A DNA stretch of 64,000 bases, from assembly GCA_029782225.1 (NCBI GenBank), contig JAKOVF010000005.1, positions 12,949 to 76,948 on the forward strand, read 5' to 3'. A model generated the notes under the pieces. That model was not told the DNA's origin. It was given only the letters and a program-made list of their open reading frames with translations, and searched no databases. Origin of the DNA: Chloroflexota bacterium (lineage in GTDB: Bacteria > Chloroflexota > Anaerolineae > Anaerolineales > Villigracilaceae). This document shows positions 55,056 through 64,000 of this stretch, in pieces. How positions within the stretch are numbered: the first letter of the stretch is position 1; each line of letters opens with the position of its first letter. Made by a program: the position numbers and the translations under genes.

Positions 55056-56012
55056 TTAGCGGGGAACCTCCACTTGTGCCAGCAACCGGTTGATGACTGA
55101 ATCCGCGTCCAGGCCTTCGATCTCGGCCTCAGGTTTGAGCAATATGCGATGACGGAAGACTGGCGGCACGATGAACTTGACATCATCCGGCGTGACGTAA
55201 TCCCGTCCCTGCAAGGCGGCAAACGTTTTGCAGGCCATCAAAACATGGGTCGCAGCCCGGGCGGAGGCGCCCAGCACGAGGTCCGGTGAGCGGCGGCTGG
55301 CGGCGTTGATGTTCGCGATATAGTTGAGAATCCCATCCTCCACGGTCACCTGCTGCACAAGCTTCCGTATCGCAACAACTTCCTTCGAGGTGATGACTTT
55401 GTTTAGCCCCGCGGCTTCGAGATCGTGCGCGTCAAATCCATGATGATAACGGCGTAGAATCTCAACTTCCACTTCCTGAGGAGAATAAGGAACAAGCACC
55501 TTGAACATGAAGCGGTCAAGCTGAGCCTCAGGCAGCGGATACGTCCCTTCATATTCGATGGGGTTCTGCGTGGCAATGACCATGAATGGCGCATCGAGTA
55601 TGTGACGCTCGCCTTCCAGGTTGACCTGCCGTTCCTCCATCGCCTCCAGCAAAGCAGACTGTGTCTTGGCCGGTGCGCGGTTGATCTCGTCGGCGAGCAG
55701 AAGTTGGGTAAATATCGGTCCCTTCTTCAAATGGAAGAGGGATGTGTTCATATCGAAGACGCTCGTGCCGAGGATATCGGAGGGCATGAGGTCGGGCGTA
55801 AATTGCACGCGCGTGAACTGGGCCTGCACCATGTAGGAAAGGGTTTTCGCCATCAATGTTTTGGCTGTGCCCGGCACGCCTTCGAGCAAAACATGTCCAT
55901 TGCTGAATAAGGCCACAACAAGAAGTTCAAATGGTTCTTCCAGACCAACAAGGACTTTCCCCGCTTCCGTCCGCAGGTTTTCAAATGTGTTCTTCAAATC
56001 TGTGATGTTCAT
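55056..56012 (-). CDS. moxR: MoxR family AAA+ ATPase
   Basis: [18 protein letters not shown] Walker [24 protein letters not shown], and a MoxR-specific C-terminal region. The start at MNITDL is preceded by GGAGGAG. Confidence 0.9.
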   Translation of the reverse strand: MNITDLKNTFENLRTEAGKVLVGLEEPFELLVVALFSNGHVLLEGVPGTAKTLMAKTLSYMVQAQFTRVQFTPDLMPSDILGTSVFDMNTSLFHLKKGPIFTQLLLADEINRAPAKTQSALLEAMEERQVNLEGERHILDAPFMVIATQNPIEYEGTYPLPEAQLDRFMFKVLVPYSPQEVEVEILRRYHHGFDAHDLEAAGLNKVITSKEVVAIRKLVQQVTVEDGILNYIANINAASRRSPDLVLGASARAATHVLMACKTFAALQGRDYVTPDDVKFIVPPVFRHRILLKPEAEIEGLDADSVINRLLAQVEVPR

Positions 56013-56182
56013 TTGCATTCTCCTCTTCCATCCATGACCGGTGGTCGAGTAGGGCGTGGCGCAACCTGCGAAGCCCATATCGAAACCACCGCGTTCTCAG
56101 GTTAAATTCGCTGCTTGATTGCAACAGTTGGTCTCGATATGCCCCTCAAAGAGCATTCGGGGCTAAAAACTCGACCAACAGA

Positions 56183-57325
56183 TTATTTCTCCATCCACTT
56201 CGCGGTCTCTGCCGCGAGTTTAACGATCTCACTTTCAGCGGGATTTTTCTGCGAGAGCTGCTTCAACAAGTCTGTCAGCACGGGGATATCCAGTTCAGGG
56301 TTGAGACGCTCCAATTGATGCAAATATTCTGCATCAGGCAGCGATGAGTCAAGCCGGTAGCGTCGGCCGAGATGCCGCTTCAGGTGGTGATGATATTGCT
56401 GCAGGACGGCATTGCGATGTCCTGCCTTGCGGTTGAGGTTTGCAATCGCCGTGACGTGTTCCAGTGGGCCGCGGCGCTTGATCTCGTGCGGCAAGGGAAT
56501 GGGCCGCCCGAAACCGCGTCCACGCAGGAAGAGAGCCACAAAGATCACGCCAGTGACAAACAAGAGCGCATGTCCCGGTGATGTACCGCGCAGCCATTGC
56601 CCTGGCCCAATAATTGTGCTGCCTTGCACACCGTGATGCCAGTCATCCAGCCAGGCAACTTTCGGTTTTTGACTGGCAAGCGCGAGCAGATTCAAGACCA
56701 ATTCGGCATCGGCGTCATTCTTCAAAGCCAGGTTCGAGAATGGATATGGTGTGGAGGAAAGGACGACCCGTCCCTTTCCCTGTTCGAAGGAGACCAGGAT
56801 CGGCAGATCATTGATCGCAAGATGGGTGACGAAATCTGTCCGCTCGGAAAACAGCGCGTAGTCCGGGCTGAGCGGGATCGGGTCCGTGAGAGGCGGAGAG
56901 GAAAGCAGCGGTGTTTGCACGGTCAATTGATCGCGCTGATTCGGCTGGAAGCCGATCTCAAAATGATAGTGACCGAATGCCTGATATGACGATAAAGTAT
57001 CGCCCGCTAATACCAACGTCCCACCGGCCTCCACCCATTTGTCGACCAGGTTCCATTCGTTGTCGCTGATCTGCAATGCCGGTTCGATGATCAGGATAAT
57101 ACCCGCGTTCTGCGGCGGGTTGAAGGTGGTCAGAGGCTCATCCAGCGTTTGGATGCCAAGCTCATTCAACCAGAGCTTGAGCGCCAGCATCCCATCCGGG
57201 TTGGAGGAGGTAGCAAGATAGGGTATCTGCTTGCTTTTGGTCTGACGGAGCGCGGCGGCCGCAGTGACCAATGCCAGCAGCAGGAACAGCCCGATCGCCA
57301 GCCAGGTATCGCGGGAGAGCCTCAC
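56183..57325 (-). CDS. DUF4350-like protein (N-terminal TM/signal, periplasmic domain)
   Basis: Position in the conserved MoxR-DUF58 neighbourhood with 4-bp gene overlaps. Family assignment rests on context and architecture only. Confidence 0.4.
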   Translation of the reverse strand: MRLSRDTWLAIGLFLLLALVTAAAALRQTKSKQIPYLATSSNPDGMLALKLWLNELGIQTLDEPLTTFNPPQNAGIILIIEPALQISDNEWNLVDKWVEAGGTLVLAGDTLSSYQAFGHYHFEIGFQPNQRDQLTVQTPLLSSPPLTDPIPLSPDYALFSERTDFVTHLAINDLPILVSFEQGKGRVVLSSTPYPFSNLALKNDADAELVLNLLALASQKPKVAWLDDWHHGVQGSTIIGPGQWLRGTSPGHALLFVTGVIFVALFLRGRGFGRPIPLPHEIKRRGPLEHVTAIANLNRKAGHRNAVLQQYHHHLKRHLGRRYRLDSSLPDAEYLHQLERLNPELDIPVLTDLLKQLSQKNPAESEIVKLAAETAKWMEK

Positions 57326-58326
57326 TGCTTCTTCTCCTTCAACTCTTCGACGCGATCGCTGTAATGCTTGAAAGTATCATCGTCCAACGAGTGATAGCCG
57401 TACCAGACTTCGTCGAAAACCTCGATCACTTCGCTGAGAGGCTTCTCCAGTTCCGGCGAGTTTGAAATGCTCCGCAAATATTCGCGGTTCGTTTTCGATC
57501 GGTCGTATCGAAGCACGCCTCGCTCATCCAGGAGCAGCAGCGACGAAAGATAGAGGAAACGGACCGCCGAGCGATAGTCACCGCCGCGGGAAAGCGCCTG
57601 TGCTTTTTGAAAAGCCGACTCCGATGTCAATAGCTCTTCGGCGATATTCTCTTCAGCGAGCCGCGCGTCGTTGATGAAGTCTACGAACAGCGTGCGGAAC
57701 ACAAAGAACAACACCACTACCAGAGCAATTACCGCAACCGCATAAAGCAGGGAAGGCGACCCGGGGATGCGAATGCTTCTTCCCCCGAGAATTTTGTTCA
57801 ACCATGCAAGCAATTGATTGAGAATTCGGTTCAAAAATTCGGTGAGTGGATTCGCGCCCGCCTCTTTCCATTGGAACTCCGGCCGGGCCATTACTTCATG
57901 CAGCGATTCCAGATCCTGCGCGGTAAAGACCCTCGATGGATATTTTTCGTGAGCATCCAGAAGCGCCTTGAAGATATCGGAAATGTGCTTGATATCCGGC
58001 TGCGTCGCGTTCAGCATCGAGAGCAGATAACTGTTATCGAGGGTGATGACCTGTCCACTATCCAGCGTGACCGAATCGATCGCGGTCCATCTGCCAGCCA
58101 GGCTTACCAGTTCCGGTACGATCTTCGCATCCGGCGAAACGTTCAGTCCGGAAACGACTTGCTGGGACTCTTTGACCAGGTTCCAGTAATCCGACTCCGA
58201 AATCACATCGCTTCGATCTGGAAGCGGGTCTCGTTTAGGAGAGTCTGCCAGCGCCGATGAGATTCCGCCGGCAAAAATAAAGAGAAGAAGCAGGGGGATG
58301 AAAAATCGCCTGAGGATGGATCTCAT
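57322..58326 (-). CDS. DUF4129-like protein (signal peptide, internal TM)
   Basis: Context and architecture only. Confidence 0.4.
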   Translation of the reverse strand: MRSILRRFFIPLLLLFIFAGGISSALADSPKRDPLPDRSDVISESDYWNLVKESQQVVSGLNVSPDAKIVPELVSLAGRWTAIDSVTLDSGQVITLDNSYLLSMLNATQPDIKHISDIFKALLDAHEKYPSRVFTAQDLESLHEVMARPEFQWKEAGANPLTEFLNRILNQLLAWLNKILGGRSIRIPGSPSLLYAVAVIALVVVLFFVFRTLFVDFINDARLAEENIAEELLTSESAFQKAQALSRGGDYRSAVRFLYLSSLLLLDERGVLRYDRSKTNREYLRSISNSPELEKPLSEVIEVFDEVWYGYHSLDDDTFKHYSDRVEELKEKKQ

Positions 58327-59387
58327 AGAGGCGAGATAGCCAGAAAAGCACCGGCCAGCACAGTGACAAGCAAGATGTAAATTGCCACGAAGCCAAGCGT
58401 GAGCAGGACGAAGTACCCAACCTCTGTCCAGGTGATGAGGCTCGTCTGAGGGGCTGCAGTGATCTCCGGCAGAAAGGCCGCGCCGGACCCTTCGGCTGGG
58501 ATACCGGAGGTTTGCAGCGCCAGGTCCAGCCCTTCAGAGCGAGTGCGCAAATCAAAGTAGACAACGGTGACCGCGGTCAACTGAAGCGGCAGATACAACA
58601 GGCTGAAGACCATGGTCACCAGAGCCTGAATGATGGTTGAAAGCAGCGGATATGAAACACTCGATGCGCGGGGCAAAATGATCTGCAGTACGAAGCCGGC
58701 CAGGGCGGTCGGCCCGGTGATCACAATTTGGCTGAAAAGATACAGGATGACTGCAAAACCAACGATCCACCAGAAGCGGCTACGTGCCAGGTTCCATGCC
58801 CGCTGCAGAGAGTCCCATGCGCCATGCCTTTCGAGGACGATCACCGGCGCAATCAATGGAACAACAATGGCAAACAGGAACAACAAGATGCCCGGGCCAG
58901 TAAACCATCCTACACAAGGGATAATTGACCACAGGCCAAGGACAACTATGAAAAGGCCCGCCAGCAGGAGAGTAAGCAGCAGGCGCAGCCAGGAACCGCC
59001 CAGGCTTTTATAAGCGCCAAAAACGTCTATAGGCTTGCCAACGTAGTTATTGGCCACGGCACGCGTCAATGCGGCGGTTGCAACACCCTGAACAAAAATG
59101 AACTGGAGCAGCGACGTGAACAGGCTGCCCAGGATTCCCAGCCAGTAGGAGGGGTTAAAAAACGGATTGGTCGTTGTGCTGTACGGGTCGAAGTTCAGCA
59201 GCAATGAACTGGTCATTAGATAGGACATCGTCGTCTGCAGGATGATCAGCGGGATATAGGGGATGGCCAGGATGCCGATAAAGTTCGCAAAATTATTGCG
59301 GTACAGGCGGATGGCCTGATCGAGGATCTCAGGCAGAGAGAGCGGTCTTAATACCGGTGAAAACGAAGTCGTCATTAAACCCTCCAA
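58323..59387 (-). CDS. Polytopic membrane protein (glycerophosphodiester-phosphodiesterase membrane-domain-like), first gene of the MoxR cluster
   Basis: About 7 TM helices, translationally coupled to the next gene. Confidence 0.35.
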   Translation of the reverse strand: MEGLMTTSFSPVLRPLSLPEILDQAIRLYRNNFANFIGILAIPYIPLIILQTTMSYLMTSSLLLNFDPYSTTTNPFFNPSYWLGILGSLFTSLLQFIFVQGVATAALTRAVANNYVGKPIDVFGAYKSLGGSWLRLLLTLLLAGLFIVVLGLWSIIPCVGWFTGPGILLFLFAIVVPLIAPVIVLERHGAWDSLQRAWNLARSRFWWIVGFAVILYLFSQIVITGPTALAGFVLQIILPRASSVSYPLLSTIIQALVTMVFSLLYLPLQLTAVTVVYFDLRTRSEGLDLALQTSGIPAEGSGAAFLPEITAAPQTSLITWTEVGYFVLLTLGFVAIYILLVTVLAGAFLAISPL

Positions 59388-59471
59388 ATTGCGATATAGT
59401 TTTCTGTAATTTTTGGCATCACTGGGTCATGCATCAACGCAAATTATAACCCGCCTGCATCTTGAAAACTC

Positions 59472-59948
59472 TCACTTCACGAGCTGAATCCCGCTCGTAT
59501 CGCATTCGGCCAGCATTTCGCGAACCGTCTTCTTGAATTCGGGGTGAACGAGGTCGGGAGCAATATCATTCAACGGCACCAGCACAAAGGCGCGCTCATG
59601 CAGGCGAGGGTGAGGGATGGTCAGCCCCGATGTTTTCACCACAAAGTCATCGAAGAAAAGCAAGTCGAGATCGATCAGGCGTGGTCCATTTTGGAAGGTG
59701 GGTTCGCGGCCAAGCACCACTTCCAGGCGCTTGAGATGCCGAAGCAGAGGCTCAGGCTCAAGATAGGTCTCCACTTTAGCAGCTTGATTCAGGAATGATG
59801 GCTGATCGGTGTATCCCCAGGGTAGAGTCTCGTAAATGTGGGATTTCTCCAGCACGGTCATTTGCGGTGTAAAAGCGGTGAGCGCCGCCTTGAGGTTTGT
59901 CAGGCGATTACCAAGATTGGTACCGAGGGCGATATAGGCTGTGTGCAT
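59472..59948 (-). CDS. folK: 2-amino-4-hydroxy-6-hydroxymethyldihydropteridine pyrophosphokinase
   Basis: AYIALGTNLGNR N-terminus and a ~158-aa HPPK pattern (ETLPWGY...IDLDLL). Confidence 0.85.
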   Translation of the reverse strand: MHTAYIALGTNLGNRLTNLKAALTAFTPQMTVLEKSHIYETLPWGYTDQPSFLNQAAKVETYLEPEPLLRHLKRLEVVLGREPTFQNGPRLIDLDLLFFDDFVVKTSGLTIPHPRLHERAFVLVPLNDIAPDLVHPEFKKTVREMLAECDTSGIQLVK

Positions 59949-59982
59949 ATTTTCCCCGAAGTCTGGAGACTTCGGACTCCCA

Positions 59983-61020
59983 TTATTTCACGATATTCAC
60001 AAAATCAGCAAAGAGACCGTAGGCCGTCTCCTGTGGGCCACCGCGCATGCCTTCGCGCTCAGAAACGGTGATCGAATAATCGGGGAGCACGTCCGTGACA
60101 AAGGTGACGCCGGTGGAGGAGTTCACCATGCCGTATAAGGGTGACGAGGCATCGACCAGTTCCGGTGCGACACGTGCGTTGATCTTATCGCCATCCCGCT
60201 CCGCCGAACAGACCAATTTGTACCGTTTGCCTTGCATCTTCGCAGATTCGATCATCTCCGGCGTGAGGTCGCGGATACCGGTGCGTTCCACCTGCTGCGG
60301 CGTGAATGGCGTGTCCATTAGCACGGTGATGAGCGCGGCCACTTTGATGGCCGCATCCCAGCCGTCGACATCGTTGGTGGGATCCGTTTCGGCGATGCCG
60401 ATGTTTTGACAGAATTTGACTGCATCCTCATAGGATTCGCCTCGTTCCATGCGGGAAAGGATGAGGTTGGTCGTTGCATTGAGGATGCCCTTGAACGAGT
60501 GCAGGTCTGCCGCAGGCATGGCTTCGCGGAACACCGAAAAGAGCGCCGCGCCGCCCAGCACCGTGGACTCAAACAGGAAGCGCTTCCCTTTGGATTTCGC
60601 CAACGCGGTCAGCTCGTGATACCCGTGTACCACCGGGCCTTTGTTCGCCGTGCTGACGTTCATGCCCATCTCCAGTGCTGCGCGGATATGGTCAATGGCG
60701 GGCAGACCTGTGGAATGATTGACCGGCGTGTTCTCGAACATGAAGTCCGCGCCGCAGTTTTTGATCAGGTCAATGTTATCGGTCGCGGTGAGCCTGCCGA
60801 GGGATGAAATGTACTGCCCGGCCTCCACGGCTTTGACGCATTCCATGGCGTCCAGGCCGGTCGGGTCCATGGCGGAGCCATGTTTGCCGGTAGCGATGCC
60901 GGTCGTCGCGAAAGTGATGTCATAGTTTTCTTTGAGCAATGTGCGTTTGCGCTCCAGCAAACGGACGAGCGAACGAGCGACATTGCCGAAACCGATAAAT
61001 GCAAGTTTTACGTGAGGCAT
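59983..61020 (-). CDS. hom: Homoserine dehydrogenase (short form). Start at MPHVKLAF.
   Basis: VKLAFIGFGNVARSL NAD-binding N-terminus and a catalytic region matching the Homoserine_dh family. The upstream in-frame extension in the track is occupied by a repeat element. Confidence 0.75.
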   Translation of the reverse strand: MPHVKLAFIGFGNVARSLVRLLERKRTLLKENYDITFATTGIATGKHGSAMDPTGLDAMECVKAVEAGQYISSLGRLTATDNIDLIKNCGADFMFENTPVNHSTGLPAIDHIRAALEMGMNVSTANKGPVVHGYHELTALAKSKGKRFLFESTVLGGAALFSVFREAMPAADLHSFKGILNATTNLILSRMERGESYEDAVKFCQNIGIAETDPTNDVDGWDAAIKVAALITVLMDTPFTPQQVERTGIRDLTPEMIESAKMQGKRYKLVCSAERDGDKINARVAPELVDASSPLYGMVNSSTGVTFVTDVLPDYSITVSEREGMRGGPQETAYGLFADFVNIVK

Positions 61021-61029
61021 GATTCTCCT

Positions 61030-61185
61030 TATGTCGCACCTGCACTTGCATGCAGGTGCAAGTGTTGCGAGGGCGAAGCCCGAAGCAATCTCATGTTTAA
61101 TGCATACTTTATCAATGAATCTCTGCCATTTAACGGGAGATTGCCTCGTCGGGAAGAGTGTCCTCCTCGCAATGACATTAAACAG
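61030..61185. repeat. MITE-like repeat, copy R3 (with an extra CACCTGCA/TGCAGGTG hairpin and an AT-rich insert)
   Basis: Left arm tgttgcgagggcgaagcccgaagcaatctc and right arm gagattgcctcgtcgggaagagtgtcctcctcgcaatgacattaaac. Confidence 0.6.
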
Positions 61186-61891
61186 GCGGATACGGAAACG
61201 CCCGTCGATCCCTCGGCTGGTTTGGAAATTTCCTGGATCTGAGCAGGGCCTTTGAGCGGGCGAGCAGCGCAGTGATCTCGTCAGGGCTGAGATAGGGCTC
61301 GAGCAGCGGAGGCAGTTCCGAGGTCCGCGCAAGAAGCGAGAGAGTTTCGCTCGGGATGGGTTCGCCGGCAAAGTCCCACAGCACGGTCCGCAATTTATTC
61401 TCCTCATGAAAACAGATCCCGTGATCTATCGCCCAGAGCTTGTGCGTAGTCTTCCCAAAGAAGACATGACTCCCCTTGCGGTCAGCATTGTTAATCAGCA
61501 GGTCGAATAAGACCACGGGCCGGAGCAGTTGCCTGTCGCTTTCTGTAAAGTTGAAGTAATGATATTCGGGATCGTAATCGATGAACTGTTGAAGCGAGCC
61601 AGCGCCATAGGGACCTTCTTCGCGAATGGTCGTGAATGGGACAAAATGAAAGCCGAGCGTTTCACTCACGATGTACGCCGCCACTTCGCGCAAGGCCAGT
61701 GTGTTTTCAGGAAAATCCCACAGCGGCTGCTCACCGCGTGAGGGTTTGTAAACCGCATCATAGTCCACGCCTTCATGATGGACGTTCACCAGAAAGGTGT
61801 AATTCGAGCCAAGCATGAAACGCCCGGTGATCTCAAAATCGCCGTGCTGCAGGGCGGATTGGAGCTCTTTGGAGGAGTGGGGGTTGAGCAT
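61178..61891 (-). CDS. SCO1664-family protein (PI3/4-kinase-like fold)
   Basis: About 237 aa with a kinase-like D..N catalytic loop (DLLINNADRKGSHVF) and a WAIDHGICF 'DFG-like' region. Adjacent to a DUF3090 gene. Confidence 0.55.
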   Translation of the reverse strand: MLNPHSSKELQSALQHGDFEITGRFMLGSNYTFLVNVHHEGVDYDAVYKPSRGEQPLWDFPENTLALREVAAYIVSETLGFHFVPFTTIREEGPYGAGSLQQFIDYDPEYHYFNFTESDRQLLRPVVLFDLLINNADRKGSHVFFGKTTHKLWAIDHGICFHEENKLRTVLWDFAGEPIPSETLSLLARTSELPPLLEPYLSPDEITALLARSKALLRSRKFPNQPRDRRAFPYPPV

Positions 61892-61985
61892 TTTCGATGC
61901 GGGTCACGATAAAGTCTTGATCATGTGGAGAATGCCCCTTATCGATACCAACAGGAAACGTCAGATCACGCGTCCTGCAAGATCC

Positions 61986-62525
61986 CTAAATTGGGTCTGA
62001 AGGCATATGCCCGTTTTTCTTGGGACAAAAATGCCCTTCCGGCTCCATCGGCTGGCCACATTGCGGGCAGACCGGCCGGCCGCGCTGGACAACCTCCGCG
62101 CCCCAACGCGCCATCTTACGGATCTGCTCGCGCGAGCACCAGAAGCGCACTGCCGCGGCCGATTCAGGGTCGGCATCTTCGGGAAGCAGCTCCTTAGTAA
62201 AGATGACCACCTTATCGCGTTCCTTGTCGTACCCGAGCCCAATCTCACCCACGCGGAAGAGCGGATCGACCGGCGGGTTGATATGCATGGTCTCCTCCAC
62301 AAAATCGCCGGAAGGCTCATCGAGCATTGGGTTCTGCTCGCTGATCTGGGAGAGGAACTGTTCCACCCCAATGGACAAAGACTGCAGCTGTGCTTTCTCG
62401 ATGATGACCGTGATCGTACGCTGGTCCTGATAGGCGTGAAGATAGAATACACGTTGTCCGGGCTGGCCGATGGCATCTGCCGTGATGTGGTCACATGGAT
62501 CTACGTCAATTTCAAAGCGGGGCAT
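61986..62525 (-). CDS. DUF3090 family protein (C-terminal CPQCGQP...GHFCPKKNGH zinc ribbon)
   Basis: Family-typical C-terminal CxxCGxP...GHxCP motif. Partner of the SCO1664-family gene. Confidence 0.6.
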   Translation of the reverse strand: MPRFEIDVDPCDHITADAIGQPGQRVFYLHAYQDQRTITVIIEKAQLQSLSIGVEQFLSQISEQNPMLDEPSGDFVEETMHINPPVDPLFRVGEIGLGYDKERDKVVIFTKELLPEDADPESAAAVRFWCSREQIRKMARWGAEVVQRGRPVCPQCGQPMEPEGHFCPKKNGHMPSDPI

Positions 62526-62589
62526 GGGAAACCTTCACAAGTATGTAAAAATAGTATACCAGAAGCTCATTGTAACGGGAATAAGACAC

Positions 62590-62660
62590 CTGTAGTTTTC
62601 GTCTGAGCGAAGTGCAACGAAGTCGAAGGCCACTGTTGGAGCCGTGCTTCGACTGCGCCT
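62590..62660. repeat. Degenerate fragment (R5) of the MITE-like repeat family in the divergent intergenic region upstream of the mutase
   Basis: gagcgaagtgcaacgaagtcgaagg is comparable to R2 gagcgagtgccaacaagcgaag, with a short cgaagtcgaag/cttcgact stem. Confidence 0.35.
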
Positions 62661-62761
62661 ACGCCTCCGCTCAGCGCGAAGTAAAGGGATTCACCCCATT
62701 GACTTCATGGGCCGGGCAGTATAATTAAACGGTACGTGATCTTCTGCCAAAGGAGAGGCGA

Positions 62762-64000
62762 ATGTACGACAAAAAAGAACTGGATGAACTAAAAAACTCG
62801 CTCGAAAAATGGGAGGAAACAACTTTACGCAAAACACTCGCGTCCATGCCGGAACGACAGGATAGGTTCATCACAACTTCCTCTGAACCGATCAACCGAC
62901 TCTACACGCCGCTTGATGTGGCGGATATGGAATACGCTTCCTCTCTTGGACTTCCGGGAGTCTACCCTTATACGCGCGGAATCCACCCGACGCTTCACCG
63001 CAGCAAACTCTGGACGATGCGCATGTTTGCCGGCTTCGGCACCGCCGAGGAGACGAACAAACGCTTCAAATACTTACTGGAACAGGGCCAGACCGGGCTG
63101 AGCATCGCCTTCGATCTCGCCACTTTAATGGGCTACGACACCGACCAGCCCGAGGCACTTGGCGAGTTTGGTAAATGCGGCGTAGCGATCTCCTCCCTCA
63201 AGGACATGGAAATCCTGCTGGACGGTATCCCGCTCGACAAGGTCTCCTCCAGCATGACGATCAACTCCCCGGCTGCGATCGTCTGGGCCATGTACATTGT
63301 TGCCGCGGAAAAGCAGGGAGTGCGCGCCGATCATTTGCGCGGCACGATCCAGAACGACATCCTCAAGGAGTTCATCGCTCAAAAGGAATTCATCTTCCCG
63401 CCGGAGCCGTCCATGCGGCTGGTGGTGGACACAATGCAGTTCGGCGCAGAGTGTGTGCCTCAATGGAATACGATCTCGATCAGCGGGTATCACATCCGTG
63501 AAGCTGGCTCGACCGCGGCGCAGGAACTTGCATTCACATTATCGGATGGAATGGAGTATGTCCGCTGGGGCACGGCCCGCGGCATGGATGTGGATGAGTT
63601 CGCGCCGCGTCTCTCGTTCTTCTTCAACGCCCACAATGACTTCTTCGAGGAAATTGCCAAGTATCGTGCAGCACGTCGCATCTGGGCGCGTGAAATGCGC
63701 GAAACCTTCCAGGCCAAAGACCCGCGTTCCTGGCTGCTCAGATTCCACACGCAGACCGCCGGAGTCTCGCTCACCGCGCAGCAGCCGGAGAACAATGTGG
63801 TGCGCGTCGCACTTCAGGCCCTGGCTGCAGTCCTGGGCGGGACGCAATCCCTGCATACGAATTCGCTCGACGAAGCACTGGCCCTTCCGTCTGAACATGC
63901 AGTCACCATCGCCCTGCGAACCCAGCAGATCATAGCGGAAGAGTCAGGGGTATCGAACACGGTCGATCCGCTCGGAGGCAGCTTCTTCGTCGAGGCCCAG
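62762..64000 (+). CDS. Methylmalonyl-CoA mutase family, large-subunit substrate-binding (TIM barrel) domain; 5' partial, continues beyond the window
   Basis: Self-translated: [40 protein letters not shown] and [19 protein letters not shown] are hallmark MCM motifs. AAGGAGAGG RBS, with TTGACT...TATAAT upstream. It is absent from the ORF track because it has no stop in the window. Confidence 0.85.
   Translation, partial: MYDKKELDELKNSLEKWEETTLRKTLASMPERQDRFITTSSEPINRLYTPLDVADMEYASSLGLPGVYPYTRGIHPTLHRSKLWTMRMFAGFGTAEETNKRFKYLLEQGQTGLSIAFDLATLMGYDTDQPEALGEFGKCGVAISSLKDMEILLDGIPLDKVSSSMTINSPAAIVWAMYIVAAEKQGVRADHLRGTIQNDILKEFIAQKEFIFPPEPSMRLVVDTMQFGAECVPQWNTISISGYHIREAGSTAAQELAFTLSDGMEYVRWGTARGMDVDEFAPRLSFFFNAHNDFFEEIAKYRAARRIWAREMRETFQAKDPRSWLLRFHTQTAGVSLTAQQPENNVVRVALQALAAVLGGTQSLHTNSLDEALALPSEHAVTIALRTQQIIAEESGVSNTVDPLGGSFFVEAQ

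Noticed and set aside
59954-59978. CCGAAGTC-tgga-GACTTCGG hairpin between hom and folK as a terminator
   Set aside because: No adjacent U-run on the transcribed minus strand. It is probably just an inter-cistronic stem.
62526-62761. Possible cobalamin riboswitch upstream of the methylmalonyl-CoA mutase gene (contains GCCACTG-like and GGGAA-like strings)
   Set aside because: No B12-box (AGYCAGGA...CCTGCC) or overall cobalamin-riboswitch layout could be found. The region is better explained as a TTGACT/TATAAT promoter plus a degenerate copy of the dispersed repeat family. A coenzyme-B12-dependent mutase is also not an expected riboswitch target.
1-64000. tRNA, rRNA or tmRNA genes
   Set aside because: The intergenic regions are short and none show the cloverleaf-compatible conserved T-loop (GTTCRANYC) or D-loop patterns on inspection. 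A proper tRNAscan run would be needed for certainty.

Overview
A 64 kb segment of a high-GC (~58%) bacterial chromosome. Gene content and tight 4-bp overlaps between genes suggest a Chloroflexi-like or similar organism.

Roughly positions 1-37,700 form one large cell-surface glycan locus, mostly on the minus strand. It contains a complete WbpA/B/E/D/I-type gene set for UDP-2,3-diacetamido-2,3-dideoxy-uronic acid, a GDP-mannose 4,6-dehydratase, and an AsnB-family amidotransferase. It also has two sulfotransferases, five class I SAM methyltransferases, GT4 and GT2 glycosyltransferases, and four polytopic GT-C-like membrane proteins, two of them tandem paralogs. A GtrB/ArnC-like polyprenyl-phosphate glycosyltransferase sits with a flippase-like protein and an ArnT/PMT-like protein. 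Both a Wzx-like flippase and a Wzm/Wzt ABC exporter (Wzt with a C-terminal extension) are present.

Two secreted or anchored proteins are embedded in the locus. One carries five perfectly phased 300-bp tandem repeats encoding an unrecognised Cys-containing domain. The locus also holds a winged-helix (wHTH) regulator; a conserved 42-bp promoter/operator motif occurs twice (upstream of wzm and of the regulator).

A ~1.6 kb AT-rich islet carries a small ORF under a near-consensus promoter and an unusual wHTH-TM-SPFH fusion protein.

The right half is mostly housekeeping: tsaE-tsaB-rimI, UDG, an MGDG-synthase-like gene, tyrA, ABC-2 transporters, ogt, a split chrA pair, usp, folP and folK. It also has an RDD/SpoIIM-like/DUF58/MoxR/DUF4350/DUF4129 cluster, hom, an SCO1664-family/DUF3090 pair, and the 5' end of a methylmalonyl-CoA mutase.

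A dispersed MITE-like imperfect-palindromic repeat family occurs in four full copies plus one fragment in 5' intergenic regions. Several rho-independent terminators are visible. No rRNA, tRNA or CRISPR array was recognised. All assignments are by eye from motifs; no searches were run.
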